Source: an uncultured Candidatus Saccharibacteria bacterium (lineage in GTDB: Bacteria; Patescibacteriota; Minisyncoccia; Phycocordibacterales; DATDWN01). From it: 44,439 nucleotides of DNA. Below the pieces are notes generated by a model. The model ran no database searches and was not told the DNA's origin. It saw nothing but the letters and a program-made list of their open reading frames with translations. The stretch lies in the NCBI GenBank assembly GCA_964424295.1, contig CAYRHZ010000001.1, forward strand, positions 1-44,439, given 5' to 3'. Shown one piece after another: positions 40,334-44,439 of the stretch. Every line of letters starts with the position of its first letter. Position 1 is the first letter of the stretch. The translations under genes were made by a program, and so were the position numbers.

Positions 40334-42268
40334 TTGAGCTATAATACGCCAATGCAGATTGTCACAGTTATCCCTATTAGTCGTGGTGTTTCAAAAGACT
40401 TACTCACATACTTCACAAAAAGTGATGTTACTTCAGGTAGCGTGGTAAAAATCCCACTTAGAAAAAAAAGTATTTACGGTCTTGTGGTAGAAACAAAACA
40501 AGCCGAAGAAATGAAGTCACAAATAAAATCCCTGACATACAGCATCAAAAAAATAGAAGAAATGCAATCTGGTTCATTCCTATCAAAATCCTTTACCGAG
40601 GCAGTTAAAAAAATAGCAGATTACAATGCAGCTAGCGTGGGAGCTACTCTTTTTTCTTTAATACCAAAAACAATATTGGAAGAGAATAGTAAACTCTCTT
40701 TTGAGCCCATCCTTCCTCCGAAAGATAGATTCTTTGAAACACTACTATTGCAGTCTGACTATGAGGAAAGATTTGCTACATACAAAAGCTTGGTACGCGA
40801 AGAGTTTGCAAAAAATCACTCTGTATTTTTCTGTGTTCCAACAATTGAAGACCTAACAAGTGCAAAGAATATTCTAGAAAGAGGTATAGAAAAATACACT
40901 TTTGTTTTGCATTCGGGACTTTCAAAAAAAGAAATACTTGGCACCTGGAAAAGTATATGCGAAGAAAAACACCCAGTTCTTATAGTAGCGACGGGTTCTT
41001 TCCTTTCTATACCCAGAGGAGATTTGGGGGCAATAATTCTCGAAAAAGAAAGCTCTCGTAGCTACAAGACCCAGACCAGGCCGTATTTGGATATTCGAAA
41101 TGTAGTTGAAACCTTAGCAAAAGAAATGAATATTCGATTGGTTTTGGGAGACATTCTACTTCGCACCGAAACCTTGTGGGAAGAAAAAAGTGGAAAGTAC
41201 GCCAGCTTGTCCCCTCTTAAATTCAGATCACTGACTTCTGCAAACTGCGAAATAATCGACATGAAAATTCCTCAGGATATGAAGAAAAAGGAGTTTACTA
41301 TTCTCAGCGACAAACTTAAAAGTGTAATTAGAAATAATATAGAGGCCAACGAACATCTATTTTTGTTTTGTGCCAGAAAAGGGCTGTACCCAATGACCGT
41401 CTGTAGTGATTGCGGGACTGTTGTTTCTTGTAAAAACTGCCACATGCCAGTGGTGCTTTATGGCCTGCCCCCGCAGGCAGGCAGAAAAGATGCAACGCAA
41501 AGCAAAAACTTATTTGTGTGTAATCATTGCGGTGAGAGATTTGATTCAAAAATCTTGTGTGGTCACTGTGGTGGATGGAGACTAAACCCTCTGGGTATAG
41601 GAGTAGAAAGAGTTTTTGAAGAAATACAACAACTTTTTCCAGACAGTAAAATAATAATCTTTGACAAAGACCACATAGCGACTCAAAAAAGGGCGGAAAA
41701 AGCTAGGGACGATTTTTACAATACACCGGGAAGCATAATGATAGGAACAGAAATGGCTTTATCATTTCTAAATCAAAAAATAGAAAATGCAGCTGTGGTT
41801 TCTCTAGATTCATATTTTTCTATACCAGACTACCAAATAAGCGAGAAAATTTTTCACATACTTCTAGAAATGCGTTCTGTAAGCATAAAAGAATTTCTAA
41901 TCCAAACCAGACAAGAAAATACAAAAATATTCGAACATGCAACAAGGGGAAACTTGGTTGATTTTTATAGAGAAGAAATTGAAGAAAGAAAAGCGATGGG
42001 ATATCCCCCGTTTAATACTTATATAAAACTGACACTCGAAGGAGAGAAGGCGGTAATCCGAAAGGAAATGGAAAAAGTTAAAGAATATTTTATGCCAATG
42101 AAACTGCAAATATTTGATGCCTTTAACTCTCAAAATAAAAATAAACACGTGGTTCATGGCCTACTATACCTAGAAAAAGGAAAATGGCCGGACAAGGAGC
42201 TTTTGGAAAAAATAAGAAGATTGCCACCGCATTTTTCTGTCAGAATAGACCCGGTAAGCCTTTTATGA
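40334..42268 (+). CDS. priA: primosomal protein N' (PriA) homologue with degenerate helicase ATPase motifs
   Basis: PriA architecture with the Cys-rich insertion (CSDCGTVVSCKNCHMPVVLY…CNHCGERF…CGHCGG). TTG start in the track; the alternative ATG at 40352 (MQIVTVIPIS) is plausible. Walker A and DEEH are not conserved (see findings). Confidence 0.85.
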   Translation: MSYNTPMQIVTVIPISRGVSKDLLTYFTKSDVTSGSVVKIPLRKKSIYGLVVETKQAEEMKSQIKSLTYSIKKIEEMQSGSFLSKSFTEAVKKIADYNAASVGATLFSLIPKTILEENSKLSFEPILPPKDRFFETLLLQSDYEERFATYKSLVREEFAKNHSVFFCVPTIEDLTSAKNILERGIEKYTFVLHSGLSKKEILGTWKSICEEKHPVLIVATGSFLSIPRGDLGAIILEKESSRSYKTQTRPYLDIRNVVETLAKEMNIRLVLGDILLRTETLWEEKSGKYASLSPLKFRSLTSANCEIIDMKIPQDMKKKEFTILSDKLKSVIRNNIEANEHLFLFCARKGLYPMTVCSDCGTVVSCKNCHMPVVLYGLPPQAGRKDATQSKNLFVCNHCGERFDSKILCGHCGGWRLNPLGIGVERVFEEIQQLFPDSKIIIFDKDHIATQKRAEKARDDFYNTPGSIMIGTEMALSFLNQKIENAAVVSLDSYFSIPDYQISEKIFHILLEMRSVSIKEFLIQTRQENTKIFEHATRGNLVDFYREEIEERKAMGYPPFNTYIKLTLEGEKAVIRKEMEKVKEYFMPMKLQIFDAFNSQNKNKHVVHGLLYLEKGKWPDKELLEKIRRLPPHFSVRIDPVSLL

Positions 42269-42284
42269 TATTTTAGTAGTACAA

Positions 42285-42884
42285 ATGACTGTTAAAATCC
42301 TACAAAAAGAAGAGGGGGTTCTACGAGAAATAGCTAGAGACTTGCTCCCAGAAGAGATCCAAAGTCCAAGAATACAAAAGGTTTTGAAAGACATGAAAGA
42401 AGCACTGGAATCTCAAGATGATGGTGTGGCTATCGCTGCGCCACAAATTGGAGAGTCTCTGAGGATTTTTATAGTATCTAGAAAAGTAGAAGAAATAATT
42501 GAAGAATCTAAGAGAAATAAAAAAAATATTTCTTTAGCAAAACGTACCAACGAACAGCTACCTGAAGAAATAGTATCCAAAGAAGATATCGTTTTTATTA
42601 ATCCTGTAATTAAAAAAATATCAAAAGAAAGAAAAAATGTTGAAGAAGGATGCCTTTCTGTAAGATACCTGTATGGTCAAGTAAAAAGAAGCACCAAAGC
42701 CACCGTAGAAGCATTGGATGAAAAAGGTAGAAAATTTACTAGGGGCGGGACTGGACTCATGGCTCAAATATTTCAACACGAAATGGATCATTTAGATGGA
42801 ATACTTTTCATTGACAAAGCACAAAACGTAGAAGAAATTTTCCCTGAACATCTTAAAAAGCTCAAATCTGATGCAAAAAAATAA
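42285..42884 (+). CDS. def: peptide deformylase
   Basis: GVAIAAPQIG, EGCLSV and QHEMDHLDG motifs. A charged insertion of about 25 aa lies between motifs 1 and 2. Confidence 0.93.
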   Translation: MTVKILQKEEGVLREIARDLLPEEIQSPRIQKVLKDMKEALESQDDGVAIAAPQIGESLRIFIVSRKVEEIIEESKRNKKNISLAKRTNEQLPEEIVSKEDIVFINPVIKKISKERKNVEEGCLSVRYLYGQVKRSTKATVEALDEKGRKFTRGGTGLMAQIFQHEMDHLDGILFIDKAQNVEEIFPEHLKKLKSDAKK

Positions 42885-43734
42885 TATTAAATTCGGTTTT
42901 TTTGGAACATCAATATTTTCTGTATACGTTCTAGATGAACTAAAGAAAACTGGACTAATCCCCTCACTTATAGTTTCAACTGAAGACAAGGCTAGTGGCA
43001 GAAATCTTAAGATCACGCCTACAAAAGTGAAGGAGTGGGCTCTGAAAGAAAACATAAAGTACATCCAACCAAAAACTCTCAGAACGGAGGAGATTTTTAA
43101 CGAAATAAAAAATAGTGAGCCAGCTTTTGACGTATTTATTGTTGCTTCATATGGAAAATTAATTCCTAAGAATATTTTAGAAATTCCCAAACACGGAACA
43201 ATAAATGTTCACCCTTCCCTTTTGCCTAAACTTCGTGGAGCATCTCCTTTACAAAGCTCAATCCTCCTTGAAGACGAAACTGGAGTAACAATAATAAAAT
43301 TGGATGAGGAAATGGACCATGGACCAATTATTTCTCAAGAAAAAATAGACATAGAATGGCCTCCTTATTCCGATACGCTCGAGAAAGTATGTGGTGAAGT
43401 TGGAGGAAGACTTGTTGCAAAAGTATTGCCGGATCTTATCGATGGAAAAATTTCAGAAACAGTGCAGGAACACGAAAAAGCTACTTTCACAAAAAAGATA
43501 GAGAAAGGTGACGCGGAGTTAAACATGTCTGACTCACCAAATGTAAATCTTAGAAAAATTAGAGCTTACAATGTCTGGCCAGGCGCCTTTTATTTTGAAA
43601 ATATAAATGGAATCAAAAAAAGAATGGTTGTGAAAAAAGCTCGCATAGAAAATGGCGAATTGGTTCTAGAAAGAATCGTACCCGAGGGCAAAAAAGAAAT
43701 GGATTACAAAGATTTTCTAAGAGGCTTAAAGTAG
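42871..43734 (+). CDS. fmt: methionyl-tRNA formyltransferase
   Basis: IKFGFFGTSIFS…, VASYGKLIPKNIL and INVHPSLLPKLRGASPLQ. It overlaps def by 14 nt. Confidence 0.93.
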   Translation: MQKNNIKFGFFGTSIFSVYVLDELKKTGLIPSLIVSTEDKASGRNLKITPTKVKEWALKENIKYIQPKTLRTEEIFNEIKNSEPAFDVFIVASYGKLIPKNILEIPKHGTINVHPSLLPKLRGASPLQSSILLEDETGVTIIKLDEEMDHGPIISQEKIDIEWPPYSDTLEKVCGEVGGRLVAKVLPDLIDGKISETVQEHEKATFTKKIEKGDAELNMSDSPNVNLRKIRAYNVWPGAFYFENINGIKKRMVVKKARIENGELVLERIVPEGKKEMDYKDFLRGLK

Positions 43735-43749
43735 TAAGTTTAAATCAGA

Positions 43750-43932
43750 TTACTGATTCTGATAATTATAGAGTGTAAGCGAATCCATATAGTTTGATTT
43801 TTGTTCAGCCTTAACCATTGTGTGCAGCAGTAGAATAATTATAAAGATACACCCAAATACAAATCCCACCAAAAACCAATTGGCTTTTTGTCTCAAACTG
43901 CCAACGTAAATATTATTTGTTGAATACGTCAA
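43750..43932 (-). CDS. possible small single-TM membrane protein (60 aa)
   Basis: The ORF has a hydrophobic core (WFLVGFVFGCIFIIILLL). It overlaps the hpf stop by 20 nt. No homology recognised. Confidence 0.35.
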   Translation of the reverse strand: MTYSTNNIYVGSLRQKANWFLVGFVFGCIFIIILLLHTMVKAEQKSNYMDSLTLYNYQNQ

Positions 43933-44287
43933 TTTTCTTTAATAGTTGTTTCACTTTTGAAGCCCCCCGCCTAAACAATGTATCTTTCTTATTTTTTTGA
44001 CTCACTATAGCCCTCTCTGCTTCGTCACGAACTATATCTATAGCTGTATAAAGTTCAGACTCTTCAGCAACAGCATATACCTGACTTCCACCTGGAACCA
44101 TGATATTTATTTCGGCCTTAAAAATGTCTCCAGAGTTATGGTGCTTTGTGGTTCGTCCTATCTCTACCTCACATAAAACATTTTCACTATTTGGAATAAA
44201 TTTTCCAAGTGAAGAAACCTTCTTTTCTACATACTCGCTTATTGCATCTGTTAAATCAAAATTTATTGCGCGTGTTTTGATATTCAT
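43913..44287 (-). CDS. hpf: ribosome hibernation promoting factor (HPF/RaiA family)
   Basis: MNIKTRAINFDLTDAISEYVEKKVSSLGKF… is typical of the sigma54-modulation/S30EA fold. Trimmed to the ATG at 44287. Confidence 0.88.
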   Translation of the reverse strand: MNIKTRAINFDLTDAISEYVEKKVSSLGKFIPNSENVLCEVEIGRTTKHHNSGDIFKAEINIMVPGGSQVYAVAEESELYTAIDIVRDEAERAIVSQKNKKDTLFRRGASKVKQLLKKIDVFNK

Positions 44288-44366
44288 ATACTTATTATTA
44301 TACACCCTATAAAATGCCCTTACAAATGCATTGCAATATCCATTATTTTTGATATTATCTAGACAT

Positions 44367-44438
44367 TCCGGTGTAGCTCAGTGGTAGAGCAATCGCCTGT
44401 TAAGCGATTGGTCGTAGGTTCGATCCCTACCGCCGGAG
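44367..44438 (+). tRNA. tRNA-Asn (anticodon GUU)
   Basis: Hand fold: acceptor UCCGGUG/CGCCGGA, GUAGCUCAGUGGUAGAGC D arm, anticodon stem AUCGC/GCGAU with loop CUGUUAA, and T arm GUAGG-UUCGAUC-CCUAC. The window ends 1 nt after the discriminator. Confidence 0.9.
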
Positions 44439-44439
44439 C

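Noticed and set aside
1-44439. A search for CRISPR arrays, IS elements or transposases, integrases, rRNA genes, prophage blocks, and recoding (frameshift or stop-codon reassignment).
   Set aside because: - The only regularly spaced direct repeats are the two 31-nt copies around lysS.
- No DDE/HUH transposase or tyrosine/serine recombinase motifs were seen in any long ORF.
- All housekeeping ORFs are intact under the standard code.
- No rRNA-like sequence was seen.

Overview
This is a low-GC bacterial chromosome segment. Hand counts give 15/60 G+C at 9901-9960 and 25/60 at 24601-24660. It is densely packed with housekeeping genes, mostly on the minus strand:
- trpS, cysS, lysS and proS
- rpmA, rplI and rplU
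- dnaB, recR, priA, holB and rmuC
- a dcw fragment (mraZ-rsmH-ftsL-ftsI)
- mreBCD-mrdA plus a second mreB
- greA, frr, rseP, def-fmt and hpf
- a MacAB-like efflux trio
- tRNA-Glu(CUC) and tRNA-Asn(GUU)

The small protein sizes (ProRS without the INS domain, a short delta-prime subunit) suggest a reduced genome, possibly of CPR/Patescibacteria type. That is inference only.

No CRISPR array, transposase, integrase or rRNA gene was seen.

The most unusual feature is a set of sharply bounded GC-rich islands, for example 39/60 G+C at 24181-24240. Each sits in an intergenic spacer between conserved genes. Each appears to be a self-contained transcription unit: an AT-rich near-consensus sigma70-type promoter, then a GC-rich transcript, then a GC-rich hairpin.
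- Six look protein-coding: a GNAT acetyltransferase and orphan ORFs of 170, 66, 58, 80 and 102 aa. Five of them have AGGAGG-like ribosome-binding sites, and the 170-aa ORF has GAGGGAG abutting its GTG start. The 58-aa ORF is below the ORF-track cutoff.
- Three or four look like structured RNAs closed by long-range helices: 17567-17868, 35910-36150, the proS leader at 35695-35875, and 34253-34392.

I could not assign any of the RNAs or orphan ORFs to a known family by eye.

Other notable items:
- a four-box MraZ-type operator
- a 31-nt perfect repeat flanking lysS
- a methyltransferase / histidine kinase / methyltransferase operon
- a 913-aa coupling-protein-like ATPase
- a PriA homologue with degenerate ATPase motifs
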